Assembly (NCBI GenBank): GCA_965645245.1
Contig: OZ287069.1
Coordinates: 1,550,001-1,614,000, forward strand
Length of the DNA stretch: 64,000 bases
DNA from: Massalongia carnosa
Lineage: Eukaryota
Direction of reading: 5' to 3'
In this document: positions 26,055 through 39,743 of the stretch, piece by piece
Position numbering within the stretch: position 1 is the first letter of the stretch
How the letters are laid out: each line of letters begins with the position of its first letter
The notes under the pieces: generated by a model
Told to the model about the DNA's origin: nothing
Databases searched by the model: none
Seen by the model: the letters and a program-made list of their open reading frames with translations, nothing else
Translations under genes and position numbers: made by a program

Positions 26055-26767
26055 TGGGGGTTTTTGCTTTTTTGTTTTTTTGGCGTGTTGGTTATGTGTC
26101 GGTCTGCAAGAGGTGAACCAACTTCTTCCTTTGCATCGCGAGTAACACAGGCTATTCCTGTGTCGGTTGGTGGGTGCATAGCATCTTAGGTTGGATGGAA
26201 TGAGGGCAAAAAAAGGAAAGGAGGGATGGTGGGTTATGATGTTAAACGTTACAGCCGTTTATTATTCATTCTTCATTTCTTGCAGCTTTCATGTTATGTA
26301 CCAAATTTCCGCTTAAAGGGGAAGCGGGGGACGAGAGAGTGATCAAGTGAATGGATAACCTACGGTCAAACGAAAAAGAAAGAAAGGGCAAACATAACAA
26401 AGATTTTCTCGCGTTATACATATACTCTATTATGGATGGATAAACCAACGCACGGATCCATCCATGCCACCTCCCTTCCTCCCTAGATCTTATAAAGAAG
26501 GCGAAGAACTAAACCAAACCAAACCAAAAAGAAAACATGATCCTGAAATGCCTATCCCAAACAGCGCTTCACCCCAACCCCAACCCACCCAAAATGCTGA
26601 ATTTAGAGAATTATCCAAGTATTTTGATCGGCTCTCTCTTTCCCTCATAAACATTAGACTAGCAAGAAAAAATCAACCTCACTTTATTTTTTTCAACATA
26701 AATCTTTTGTTGCCGCAACATCCTATCTGATCGGTCATCCATCCATCTTTCCATTCAATCCCTTTCC

Positions 26768-27952
26768 TCACGTCCCAGGCCGATGGTTCTCAAACAAATC
26801 ATCTAGGTACGCGCTCGGGGCCCGGCTATGCGGCGCAGGACTAAGGTTCAGGCTGCTGTGGCTAGCATTCACGGCTAAGCCCACAGTGCTGGGTCTTCGA
26901 AACCCGGCGCCGTAGGCTCCCGCACCACCCCCACCTCCATTTATGTCCGCCCCACGGCTAGAAGGGGGCAAGCTAGGTGATCCCGGGGGGCTAGGCCCGA
27001 GGGAGCGGGCTCGCGAATACCGGCCGTTTGGCTGGTGGGGAACGAGATTGGAGAAGGAACTGTGCGCGTCGCTGTTGAGATGCGACATCCCAATCCCGCC
27101 ACCGCCGCCCGCGGCGGAGGTGCCTGCCGCGTAGTAGCCTGCAGGCAGATATCCGGAGCCCCGCGGGCCTTGTTGCTGAGCCTGCATGCCGCCTGCGCCA
27201 GCCGTGGGGGAGAAGAAGAGGCTTTCCCGCGCGGCGCCGGCCGACGATTTGTGGGTCCCATTCCGGGAACTGACGCCCAATTGATCAAGGCTGAGGGTGG
27301 AGCCGGGGCCGGGGTTGTAAAAGGGAGCGCGGGAGTGGCGGCCCGAGGCTGAGACGATTTTGACGCCGCGGCCGGCGCCCGTGGTGTATTTGGCGGATTG
27401 CGCGAGAGCAGCACGGCGAACGGAACGATGCAGGGACCAGGCAACCAGGCCGCGCCAGGCGAGGACGACAAGGGCGATAAAGCCGAGGAAGGCGCCAACG
27501 CAGATAAAGACGGTGCCTTCTGGGAGTGTCGATTTCTGCATGAAGGGCGCGTTAGCGGTTGGGGGGACGGTAGGCGCCGGATAGTCGTCTTCAGCCAATT
27601 TGGGGAGGGTGGTTACGAGGCCATCTTGGTCGGAAGTACTGATGCTGCTGGTAAGGGCGGGGAGGTTTGATTCTGGCGCGGCGGTTTCTGAGGCTGCGGA
27701 GTCGGAGGAGGGGTTGACTATGGGTTTGAGAGTGGTGGAAGCAGCTTTTGTGGGGGTGGATGCTGGTGCTGCTTTCGAGGGGGAAGGTTGTAAGGGAGAG
27801 GGTTTTGAGGCGGCAGAGGTTGCTGTTTTGCCATCGGCTGCGGTGTCCGTTAGGGCGGGGAGGTTTGACAATTGCGTTAGAGTGTTGAAAGGAAATAGGG
27901 CTGCAAGGAGGAGGAGGTTTGTTGAAGTGAATAGTGAATAAAGAGACCGCAT
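26768..27952 (-). CDS. Csi2-like single-pass membrane protein
   Basis: Signal peptide, Ser/Thr/Ala-rich ectodomain, 'PTVPPTANAPFMQKSTLPEGTVFICVGA' before one TM segment, 'LFFSPT' and terminal 'RAPSAYLDDLF'. Confidence 0.8.
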   Translation of the reverse strand: MRSLYSLFTSTNLLLLAALFPFNTLTQLSNLPALTDTAADGKTATSAASKPSPLQPSPSKAAPASTPTKAASTTLKPIVNPSSDSAASETAAPESNLPALTSSISTSDQDGLVTTLPKLAEDDYPAPTVPPTANAPFMQKSTLPEGTVFICVGAFLGFIALVVLAWRGLVAWSLHRSVRRAALAQSAKYTTGAGRGVKIVSASGRHSRAPFYNPGPGSTLSLDQLGVSSRNGTHKSSAGAARESLFFSPTAGAGGMQAQQQGPRGSGYLPAGYYAAGTSAAGGGGGIGMSHLNSDAHSSFSNLVPHQPNGRYSRARSLGPSPPGSPSLPPSSRGADINGGGGGAGAYGAGFRRPSTVGLAVNASHSSLNLSPAPHSRAPSAYLDDLFENHRPGT

Positions 27953-28526
27953 TGCTGGTCTGGTGGGGGCTCAGATACGTTGGGTTTGCGGAAGGAGGCT
28001 CTGGTCTATAGCAAGAAGAGCACCGTTGAGTGAGTGGCTCCCTAAAGAGATGTTGGCGAACACTACCCTTGACACAGCGAATGTCAATAGTTGAAATGGT
28101 TGGACGACAGCTTAGCCGCGCTCTCTCTCATCCAATGGCCAGGGACTCCTCAAAGAGGTTTGACCGAGATGCACAGGGGCGAAGTAGGTAAGAGGAAATA
28201 ATGATGCAGGTCGTATTAGGTCATCTGCATAGCAAGCAGCAACATTAATGAATGACGGGTTTAAACGAAAGACTAGAATAAAAATGTTACTTGGAGGGTG
28301 TACTCTGTTGCTCTGTATACCGAGATAGGATATCAGAGTTGATGTTTGGGGGGTTACGCGCTAGCCGGATGTGGGGGGCAACTAACACTAAAATTAGCTC
28401 CCGTGTCTCACGTATATATCACGTGATTTGATACTTGATATCTTATCAGATTTCAATGTCTTGGCGCACGCCATGTTCTCTGTTAAATAACCAGACAATT
28501 CCTCATTTTGCACAAATCTCTTCAAC

Positions 28527-29403
28527 ATGGGGGTGCAAAAACGAACAAGGAAATTTGCTGCTGTATGGATCTCTGATTCTTGTGAATGACTATAAGCATA
28601 AGCTAAAGGAGGATAAAGGTCAAAAGAGTCATAGGTCAACGAGATGCTCGATTGTACGTATAAGGAAGGATAGGTCATGGACGTGGCTAGAAATTCGAAT
28701 GCTCATGTATTTTGGCATATAGAAAGAAGAACCAAGGTCAGGGAGATGCAGGACAACAACGAAAAGCTAAGGGCGATGACGTGGTTCGAGAAATGTATGA
28801 TGTTCGATAAACTTCGTGAAGCATCCATTGACAGCTTTTCTAGACCTCAGGTCTCATCGTCGCTTTTCTTCCAGGTTGGTCCATTCTACTCCTACGGCTA
28901 ACAATTCCCTCTCTAATGCCGATACAATTAGTACAATACCGCATTGGTCCCACCTTATTCGGTGCTTATAGATACGAATTTTCTTTCGCACACCGTTCAG
29001 AACAAGCTTGAGCTTCTCACAACTATGATGGACTGTCTTTACGCTAAATGTACTCCCATCATTACTGATTGCTGCATGGCAGAATTGGAGAAGCTAGGAC
29101 AGAAGTACCGGATAGCCCTTCGCATAGCTAGAGATGAGCGGTGGGAAAGGCTAAAATGTGATCATCGAGGCACATATGCCGATGATTGTATTGTGGACAG
29201 AGTGATGAAGCACAAGATCTATATTGTTGCCACCAACGATAGAGGTAGGTATTGAAGATGGAGGTCAGAAAGGAATATTTCGGCTAATAATCAGGGAACC
29301 AGACTTGAAGAGGCGAGTTAGGAAAATACCAGGCGTGCCGATTATGAGTGTGGCGAGGGGCAAATATGTAATCGAACGTCTTCCAGATGCCCCAGAGAAA
29401 TAA
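28527..29403 (+). CDS. FCF1: rRNA-processing PIN-domain protein Fcf1/Utp24, multi-exon
   Basis: Exon 1 MGVQKRTRKFAA, then 'PQVSSSLFFQ', 'PPYSVLIDTNF', 'ITDCCMAELEKLG', 'GTYADDCIV', 'IVATNDR|DLKRRVRKIPGVPIM...IERLPDAPEK*'. Confidence 0.95.
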
Positions 29404-29917
29404 ACTCTACATGCAGTTTATCTATCAGGAAGTTCCTGGTATTCTGAATGATGCGTTGGCTCCACACGGCGCAGTTCCTTCTTCGAAAATATAGTGATTA
29501 AAAAGCTCTAAAGTTTCAAATATTGACGGCTTTCTGCCTAGATAGTACTTCAAAAGAGGCCACATGATACACCAGAAACCTCTGAGGCTGCGTCTAACGA
29601 CATCCGGGACTTTGCAGCTATAAACCGAGGAGGTCGTACAAGAAGCATGCATCCACCTGCTTTTTGTACTCCGCATCGTACATTAAAATCGGAGACTTCA
29701 CAAGCTCATCAATATAAAACTACTCTCTCTCCTTAAGCGATTCTAATTATCAAGAGATGGCGTCAAGCTTATTATTACCTGTTTCACTTTCCTTGACCCT
29801 CAGGCCTAAGAATCATGGAGTTGCACATCAAAAACCGAATCGAAAGGTTCAACCCTGAGTCCTCTCCTGCAGACTCTGGAGCAGACTCCAAAGTACTTTG
29901 GTGATTGCACCATAGCT

Positions 29918-30725
29918 TTGCGCTCCAACCTTTTGAGGGAGCTCGAGGGGGAAACGAGTATCCTGGCGACACTGCGTTTGCAGGATATAGGATTTCCGGA
30001 CCGCACGAAACTAGATTCCCAAGTTGATACGGGTTTTAACTCGTTGGCGCGCCTCGAATCAGACAATACACCAGACTCTAATCATTCGCTTCAACCTCTC
30101 TCCATCATGCTGTATCACATTCAATTCCGCCGCATATTAGAAGAATACCATGCTGTCGACACGGATTCTGCCCGACAAGAAAAGGTATTGATGAAGCTGA
30201 TCATACCTCTGACTCAATACAGGAAGGCCTGCTCAAGCTGCACTTTGCTCTCCAGCAAAGCTACTAACTCCATAGACGACAGACAACGTAATCACGGCCT
30301 ACGAGCCACTGCCAAAAGCCAAGTCAGACCTCATCAGACGCACATTGCAGCCTCTATGTAAATATGCCGAGAAGGTGCTGGAAAGACATTTTTCCCTGCG
30401 CTCGCTGGATTCCCACATCCTCCCTGTCGTCCGCCACAAAATCCTCGTGAGCGGACCGAACGAAGTGTACAAACCTATCGTCGAGGTCTTGTCCCGCCAA
30501 CTCATAGGTTTGCTAGGCGGTGTCTGCCTCGTTGGGCCTATGATCATCATGAACTTTCAATCTTCGACCCACGCCCGGTTGTTCATCGTATCGGTTTGCG
30601 TTTTCACCTTTGCGCTCTTCACCGGCATCACCACCAAGGCTTCGAACCAGGAGGTTTTGGCGTCGACGGCCGCGTATTCGGCGGTGTTAGTGGTTTACAT
30701 TGGCAGCGTTACTACCTCAAAGTAG
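29918..30725 (+). CDS. DUF6594-like membrane protein (5' end unresolved, possibly degenerating)
   Basis: C-terminal 3-TM block 'LLGGVCLVGPMIIM...KASNQEVLASTAAYSAVLVVYIG'. Intron 30185-30275 (GTATTG...TACTAAC...TAG) joins the two ORFs in frame. No clear ATG found. Confidence 0.65.
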
Positions 30726-32041
30726 GAGTAAGGTCTTGACTTTGGGGTATTGAGGGTTTATAGGAAAAGCGGCGGTCTCCTTGCTATTATCCTTATCGAA
30801 CTCTGTTCCGCATCTCTTGGATTTTTCATTGTGGTTTTCGTTTCTTTACCCTCCCGTGCTTTCAAACCCTCCCCTCCTCACCACCCCCCCATGTTTCCCT
30901 TTCCCTCATTTTACTTCCCGTCTTCGTAAAAAAACATTTAGCCGCCATTCTTCATGAATTAATATATACCTCGATGTACCTATCTATTCCAGTCTCCGAT
31001 TTCTTTCCGGTCGATCGATCGATGGCGCTGTGGTACTAGGTCAAGAAAAATGGGGGGAGAGATGGATGGGGGTCATAGGGGGGGGGGTGGGTCGATGGAT
31101 CGAGAGAGGAACTGAGGGATAGAAATTTTGATGAATGAGTAGGTAGGTATACGAGTAGAGTCTGGTGGGAGTTTGCATCATAGGTAGTTAAGAATTTATT
31201 CATCTTGTTGTCCTCACCATATTCATATTCTTCTTCAATTTCTCCTTCCACTACATTCCTCTATATAACCTGTATATCCAACCTACCTTCCTAGCATGTC
31301 ATTTCATCCCGGACTACGCAAGTTTGGCGAGAGAAGAAAAGGTTATGGCTAGCTAGGGCGAGCTGATGAACAACTAATGAATGCCAGCGTTGACACGAAG
31401 GAGGGGGTATGTATTAACCCCCCATTTCGTTGGTTTGCTGTCATGGAACATCGTCGTTGACCTTGTATATTGTTCTTCGGGTCCGAGTTTTTGTTTCTTG
31501 GCAGAATAGAGATTCGCGAAACAGGGGGTTTTCGTCTCATCATGTCTGTTTACCGGTAGATGGCGGGGGTGGTTAATCTCTGACGTCCAAATCTCACGTG
31601 ATGCGGACGATACTTCGGAGGGGCGGATGTGTCGTTAACTAGCGCGGTACCACTGTCAGTGGTTCGTGGGTGAAGGATTGGGCTTGCGGCCCAGTTTTGA
31701 TACTGGTGGGGTCAACCTGTTGGTTTCAAAGTCAGGATCATTTGTTTCACTCGGGGAAAACTTGACGATGATCGGCAGTCTTATCGCAGCATTTTCCCCA
31801 TCAATTTTTCTCGATCAATGCCCACCCGCCATCATGACACACCGGTGGGGAATACTATAAAGACATTCTAATATCCTGCTCAACTCTCTCAGCACCGAGT
31901 TCTGATCCGCCTTGGTGATGATCGGTGAGCACTCGCGGTGGAAGATATCCGCTGTAGGTGTTGCAGGTATCTACGGAGATAGGACAAAGGTGGCAAGGGC
32001 AACGGAGGTGCAGGCGCCTGACACGCCTCTCGAGTGGTTTG

Positions 32042-32082
32042 GCCTACGATCCTACGATCCTACGATCCTACGATCTTACGAT
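32042..32082. repeat. 8-bp tandem repeat (CCTACGAT) x ~5
   Basis: gcctacgatcctacgatcctacgatcctacgatcttacgat read directly. Confidence 0.9.
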
Positions 32083-33326
32083 AGGTATGAGATCGGCATG
32101 TATCTCCGAGATGTGGTGAGATATGGTTCTGAACACGTGGCTCGTGGATTCGGTTCTAACGTGGTGGCTTTGCGTCGATTTGAGTTGAACCCTGAGGGGT
32201 AGGGATTATTCAGATTATTCAGATGGCATGCCACGCGCATAGGCCCTTTTCCCATAACTGCCGAAATCGGTGGAATGGCAGCATGGTTGTTTACTAAGTA
32301 GAATTTTCAAATTGGATTGTCGAGCATTGTCGACTTTCACGGTATGGAATGTGCAATTCCCTGGACACGGCCCGGCTGATGTCAACCGTTCGAAGCCCAA
32401 GGCAAAGCATCTTTACGCTCGTCGCTTCTCCCACAAGGGAGGCATAGTGATTGACCGGTGAACGCTCATCAAAAGCCGTTTACCTCGATGAATGTTTAAT
32501 GTTTACGTAAAATCCGACGGGTGTTGTGGCTTAAGTCCGGTAACTATCGCTCAAGTAGGGCACAGGTTGCAGCCGCGCAGTAGCGCAGAGTAGCACGGTA
32601 TCAGATGTGGGGTAAGGTGATGCGCGTTTACGTCATCGTCATCATGCGGTTTCCGAATGCCAAATACTAAATACCGAATATCCCAAACCCAAAACTACAA
32701 AGGACACGTGTCACCTAACTTATCGCATATCCCCCTCCCTGCCGCTCTGTAGTTGGGCTTACTCGTGCTCCAAGTCCTCCTCCTTTCAATCGGCGTCTGA
32801 AACAATACATGGTCGCTCTCCTACCAACCTCCTGGTGACGCCAATCGATGGATCATTGAAATCGGAGCTGAGCAGTACGTACAGAGTACGGCTGATTGCC
32901 ATGCGACAATATCTATCGAGACAAGAAATATATATGCGACGTGCATATCAACCGTCATATCATCCTCTCATGGATCAAACGGTGAACATGGACGATCCCC
33001 CCCGCACTCGCGATGCACCTTCAAAGACCAACTCAGACACAATCCTCCGAACGAGCTTGTAGTCAATGCGTCAGCGTGCTGTTTCAATCATAGTCCTCGT
33101 TACTCAATGAGGCGAAGCGGTCAGATGTTTCATCAGATGGTTTGCCACCACAATTGCTCCGAAGGGTCTTGTGCATTAAGCTTTTGGCGAAACTTTTGTC
33201 TTTCTTAGGCATTGGCGTGAGTGCGTAGTAACATATTTTACTACATATCGCAGCCTTTGTCCGAGATAAATCCGAACGGTCTGATCAGCGCATCAACATC
33301 CACCAGCTCATATTCCATCTCATACC

Positions 33327-34065
33327 ATGCGTCTTTTGCTTTTCCACCTTGCTGCCATCTCGGCGGTGGTCGCCAACCCCATCGTTGCTGATAATGGCTT
33401 CAACGTGAACGCCGTTGTCAACGACGGCGTTTCTGGCTCGAGGGGCCTTATGCTCAGAACTCCGTACACATCCATCCCCACCGAATTTCAAAAGCCGGAT
33501 GGCATTCCCCCCAAGGTTCTCAAAGTAACCAAAAGAGATGGTGACGACACGTTCCCCACTGCCGATGAGTCATATATTGCCCAGGCAGATGGTTCCGTTG
33601 ACATTCCAAAGGCGATGAAGACGGAAGCTCAGACATACGATGACTTCATTTGTGGCGGCTCGAACGGCTTCTGCTGCCAGGTTGATACTGGGACGCCGTA
33701 TATCATGCGGCACTGTGGCGAAAGTATTACCTTCTTTTCCTTTCCTCCTTTTCCTTGTCCACCTCATCCCTGACATGACTTACCTGTGGGCGCAGGGCCG
33801 AAAGAGTGTAGACACCCAGAGTATTACTATTATTGCAATCATGATAAAGACACCAACTCCCCGGGTATTTTCGATACTGTAAGGATATTTCTTTGTGATA
33901 ATGAAATCCAGGAATTGTTGGTGTTTCTCGCCACATAACGGCTGACCCGTCCAGAGATTCCAACAACGATTTATCACATGTTACACCGATTGTGTGGATT
34001 TGAATCTAATTTTCAAAGGATCAGACATGTTCCAGTATTTGTGGTGTAAACTCTCCCCATGTTGA
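33327..34065 (+). CDS. Small secreted cysteine-rich protein with putative Kex2 pro-domain, 3 exons, ~196 aa
   Basis: Signal peptide 'MRLLLFHLAAISAVVA|NP' and dibasic 'VTKR|DG'. Introns 33724-33795 and 33879-33954 give an open frame ending 'LWCKLSPC*' with 10 Cys. Confidence 0.7.
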
Positions 34066-37000
34066 AGGCTGCATAGATGCGAAAGAGGTGACAGCCAGAA
34101 ACTTCATGGAGATGGACGGGTTTTAGAAGGACCTCGTGAACGGACAGGGGTAATATAAGCTAATAGTGATAACGGCGAAAGATGGAGAGGATCAAAAGGA
34201 GTATCATGTCCCGTCGTGAACTTTTTCTTCAAAACCAAAGCGGATTTGTGGTTTGCTTTCCTTTTCTTGTGATTTAGTTTTATTCCAGCAAGAGACAAAA
34301 CGTTGTCGTTACGGCCCGAACGTGACAGCGCAACTCCGTTCTGCTGCGACTGATATATGTGTAGCGAAGCTTTTTTAGTGTCATTTCTTTCTTCTGGGGG
34401 TTCGTTCTCTGCCTTAAGCTTAATGCCCAGAGCCTTGGGCTTGATACAAATCGTTTGTCCCAATCTTCAACGTTCGTTTTATGACCACTGCCTGCATGCC
34501 TCTGCGCCATGCCAAAATCAACTACAGCGCCCCAAATGCTCTGGTCAGGCTTTGCAGTTTCGCGCCACAATATGGGGTTTGCCCAACCCACCCTAATAGG
34601 CCTCAGAGCACTATGCCGCAATGCTGATATTTCGGTTACGGGTACAGTTGGATCTCCTCTGGCCATTGAGTATTAAAGATTATCTCCCCTCCTGTTGTAG
34701 CCGGACCTATGGATCTTTTGTTTTGAGTCGAACTAACTAGGAGAGGGAGGCAGGCTGAGGGATTATCCCAAAAAGACAGGGGAGTTTTGGATGAGAGCTC
34801 TTTTATGTTTCGATAATGTTGGTAAATGAAGCGACATTGACAGTTTCCACGATGAGAGAATATACAAATTGCGACAAATTTTCATACCTGGCTCCTCTGA
34901 TCTTTTCGCCCAACCTAGAAGTTCGTGGCGTCCCTTCAGGAAATTCAGGGCTATCATGTGTGCTTTGAGCTGACCGTTTATCTAGTAGATATTAAAATCC
35001 CATCGTTAGCATCCCACCCTATGCAGAAGGAATGAACTATCACCACCAGATCCAATCGTTGGTCAAGGTTCCCCCACACATGCATAATCGCGAACTTTTG
35101 ATGGTCACAAAAGCTAGCGTGATGTAATAAGCAGATATGTCAACAGGTGGTGAATGTGGGAATTCAATCAAAGTGTTTCTCGTTCTTGGCAAAGTCACAC
35201 TGGTATGAATGAGAGAACTCGAGTGGATTCGTCATGTTTTGGGCATCCTTTGCTATTTAACAACCCACTTCCTTCCCTCCTTCCTTCCTTCTATTTTTCT
35301 TTTTTCTATCTTTTTTTAGAGTCAAGAAAAACCCTTTATTTTCTCCTTCGCATACGATGTTTTGCTCTCTAAACCGTCTGCTATTCGCTGAGTGTCAGAT
35401 ATTCCTTAGGTTCTTTATCGATTTTCATCAATTTTTTTTTAAAAGAACCATACATGTATTATACACAAAAGATCACGTCGACATCCCATGACTTCTAGAC
35501 CTCGAACCACACGCACCGTATTCAAAACTAGAACCCTACTAAAGTTGGCCTCAACCCCCTTTTAAAGTAATATAAAGAGCCCGGAAAGATATAATCTCTA
35601 TTATATAACCAGAATATACCAAAGGACGCGTCAACCTCGTCCTCACGACCTAGTGCATAATCTAGAAACCAGGTGGCTCCAACGAAAATGCTCGCACAGT
35701 GGACGTTGTCATGGCCCTTGTACAAGTGGTTCACGCAAGATTTTACTAGTCAAAATGCTGTTCTTGCTGCCCGATAGTTTCCTCACTACCCTGAAGGGGC
35801 CTGACCATCATTGTGCTTTGTCAAGTTGGAATTTTTCATGAATGAATTCCGGTCGAACGCACAGAAGGGCCGCCGGCCAGAATTAGCCACCGAGATTACG
35901 AACACCGTTGATCTTGTGGCAACTCGCTTCAAGACAATGTTGCAATTCCTAACCTCTTTGATCACGGGGCCGCGAATAAAACAGTTTTACATCGGCTGCT
36001 TACAAAAGCGGTTGATATGCCACAGCCCGGATGAACATCCATCGTGCAGTTTCAGTAACGGGGCCCAGGACCGCAACATGTATCAGGGCTGTGGTTGATC
36101 CAAACCAACAAATCGGAGGAAAATCCCAGGAAGTTTTTTTGTGCTCTTTTGAATCTTACTCGTTTTCTAATCTTTGCCATATCACAGTAAAGAAAAGTCA
36201 CGGGATAACGTAATAAGCTTAAACGATAGCACCACACGATGGATCATCTTCAGGGAGGCCACGGTGTTTATTATTTTCTCTCTTTGTAGTTGAGTTATAG
36301 TTCATAGCTACCGAATGTAATCAAGGCAAGCTGACTTACCACATATATATGATAACTCGTGTGCGAAAGCGACGACATTTTGACAACGTATTCAATTACG
36401 TCAAACGATTTTGCGTCGTGTGCAAAGCGCTCGAATAATCAATATTTCTCATATATATTTACCCCCCTTCTTTATCAATCTTCTGCTTCGTCGCAGGCGG
36501 TGTGTGCAGTGCAAGCTTCGAAGTCTCGTCTCTCTTCCTTTCTGGTATATAGTATACAGTATAGTACAGGGACGAGTGGAGTTTTCTCCCCAGCTCTCGC
36601 ATACCTCCAACAACAAGTGCCGTTCATCCTGTCTTACTCCAGCGAAAACGAACTCCAGCTGGAGCAGGAAACGGCACATTCGTCTCCTGCCCTGCCCTGC
36701 CCCGTCTGCACTCCCGGACTCGCGGGGCCTGTACGCGCCGTCTAGTAGTCCGTTTTCAACTTTAAAGGTTATATGCTATACTACAGATGTGGCTGCCCGT
36801 CGCAAGTCGGAGCATTGCTTGGAGAAGAATAAGTACGACAAGACGACTCTTGAGAAAATATAGAAAATTCTATTCCCAGCATGTAGGTAGTTAATGATGC
36901 TCACCTCGGAAATCGAGAAACGCAAGGCTTGCAGTCGAAGACTTTTAAAACTGCTGCGAGTAATTACGTTCAAGGATTTCGCGAATGGCCTCGCCAATCA

Positions 37001-39743
37001 CCTTGATAGAGGCGGTAACTAAGGGGTTGGGTGGAGAAGTAGTTGCACACAACCGCAAATATATGGGTTATATGGACAATAACAGCCCATGATCGGCAAT
37101 CAATTTCATTCTTTATTTTTGGCTCCCATGAATTTTTTATGACGCTATCTTCAGGTGAGAAGAAGATTGCAATGGTTGAAATTATTTTAACGGGGAGAAC
37201 ATGCTGAATGGCTCATATCACCGTGTCTGATCGTGAAGGCAAGCGAGTTGATTTTTCTCCGAAGAGGGTAGATCATGAAATTTGAACGCTATTGATCTTG
37301 AAAAGAATTCATGAATTCATGGATTGCATCGAAAGCTATGTCTTTCATTTCTAAAAGAAGTGGAAGTAATAGCATACAGTGTTTCGGCAGATGATTGCAC
37401 CAGGCGCTATATCTCCTGCGCTGGAAGGTGAAATAGATGTGGGGTTTGAGGGGTTTTGGGTAAGGGCGGAAGGGCGGGGAAGGAGAGGTGGAGGGGGAGA
37501 TTGCAAGGAGTGCTGCTTAGAATGACGAGCTGACGAAGAGAGGGCTGGGGGAAATGGAAATGGGGAGAAAAGGGGAGGGGAATGTGCGGGGGATTGGAGG
37601 TACTTGCGTTTGGGTAGGGAAGGGGTTGTGGGGAAAAATAAAACCACGACTACATCTACTTTTGTGGCCAAAAAATCAACGCCCGAGCGTTCGTCACGCT
37701 GTGCAGATGAAGACGCTTTTACTCAGCCTGCATCAAAGCTGTTTGTCAAAACGGGCATTGACCGTGGCCGTATTTTGTAGAGATGGTGAATGTTAAAGGA
37801 TGGTGTCGCAAGAGATGGGTAGGTAAATAGTTAAAGAACGAGCGGGGTGCAATAAATTCGGTTCTGGAGAAAGAGGAGATTGCATTTTGTAGACGAATGT
37901 AGTATCTCTCAATGACAGGGGAAAAAACTATATACCTACCAAAATGGATAGATGAAGCAAGAGAGAGCGAACAGGAAAAGTAGGAAACGTGCATAAAGCA
38001 GAGATATGTGCAGCCCGCTGTATGTTACACGGTAGAGGCAGTGGTGGTGTCATCGGAGAAATACCCAGGGATGAAGGCAGCGTCTAAAAGCTTCAGCTTC
38101 GGAGATATTATGAACGAGGTGAGCTAAACCGAATGGTTTGAAGGTTTTTTTTGGTATTAACTACCCCTAACGGGAAAAAGGGGCAGTTATCAAATTCGCT
38201 TCTGGCGGAATTAGTTGAGAGTTAATCAAGAGCTGGACTTTAGCTGATGAATACGCAAAGAAAGCTTCTACTAGACGCTGATAGAGATTTGTTTCTATAA
38301 AGGTTGGTGTTCTTTCATTACTGCCCCTAAATGAAATATGTCTTTCCTTCTGCTATTGAAAGATAGTGACATCATTGATTGGGTTTCCTGGAAATGGGAG
38401 CTGGGAAGGCTTTATTTGCATTGCAGACTTAGTTATTTATCAGAAATTCCTAATCATGAACTAGATCAATGTCAGCAATAAATAATGTAGCCAGGGTTTG
38501 GAGGTAGACTGTACAACCGTTACCTCAGAAAATGGATAGTATACTGGAGTACATTTTGATCCAAATCCTCTTCGTTCTCCATGTTATCCCATAGCTAGTA
38601 ATATCCGCTCATGGTATACCACCCTCCTTTCAACATAGCTTCATCTGCCCCCATATTTTCCGTAGATGAGAAACTCGCACATAAAGCCCGTTCTAGGTTA
38701 ATTTTTTATACATTATGGGATTGGCAGTCACTGCCTTGCACTGCATGGGCGGCCAGAGATCTTTAGTGTGCCCCTTGGCTGAGTCTAGTATTTGGGCATG
38801 AAGGCTGGGATGTTGATTGTGAACAGGCTGGTACTGGTGATTCCAAACATACTCATAAGGTTCTTGCTTGGGTCATAAGGGGTTCGTGTAGCAGCTCCAC
38901 GTGATATCTGACGTAAGTCGGCATAACTTCGGTATACCTATGCTAGACGCTAAACTAACGTCAGAACAAGAAATTCCCACTCATACCATTCATGCCACTC
39001 GACTGATGCAGCTTCATCACCGTTTGTCTGTCATTTGATACTACTAGATCATGGTCAGTTTGTCTTGTTTGCTCTGAATCGTTTTATTTGGATGACCATG
39101 AAGAACGAAAGGCTTGGAGCAAGCATGGCTTGCGATAATGCCTGGGTGCTGATAATATCCATATTCTTTCTTCCTAACCTGCTCTAATTACTTAAGGTAT
39201 CCTAAGTCCTAACAACTCGAGTCATCATTCAATGATTGGATCTCTTTCTTAAGAACAAATTTTTCCATGATAGCTTGCTCGTCGTCTGCAAGGTCTAGCA
39301 TATTGGCTTCTTATATCCGTCTCTTCCTGTCTATTTGTTTTTCATTCATTTGGTTAGTTTGGCCATGATATCTGTTGTAAAAAAAAGCGTTTCCATAGTA
39401 TGTTCACCTCTTTATCTCCGGAAAGGTCGATTTCACACGTCTCTCCATGCTCATTTCATTACTGTCATAAAGTTAGTGAGTTAAATGAAATATAACTGGT
39501 TCATTAGCGCTCTAGAAGATGAGTAGGTTACGAAAGTATTGGAATGGGCAAAACAATGAACCATGCTGGCTGGACTTGGTGATTAAAAGTTGCTGGGCCC
39601 CCTATTCAAGACTCAAATCAACAGAAGATGATCTCCCGAGCAGTTTCACAAAGAAGTTCAATTATGTTGACTTATGCTTCTAAGCTTCACCTGCATTGCT
39701 AAAGCAATGATGGATTTGAACCACATCAGAGGTGCGTGTGCCA

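Noticed and set aside
32536..32549. TCCGGTAACTATCG, which I recall from the ColE1/pUC origin
   Set aside because: Only 14 bp and the flanks do not continue the match, so not vector contamination.
32749..32762. AGTTGGGCT resembling the vertebrate telomerase RNA P6.1 loop
   Set aside because: Only a weak bulged stem, and no template or pseudoknot found upstream.
37898..37907. TGTAGTATCT, similar to the U2 snRNA branch-recognition region
   Set aside because: Flanks do not match U2 and no Sm site context is evident.
38158..38171. TAACTACCCCTAAC as a variant telomerase template
   Set aside because: It would imply an unusual 10-nt telomere repeat with no support here. It is testable only against chromosome-end reads.
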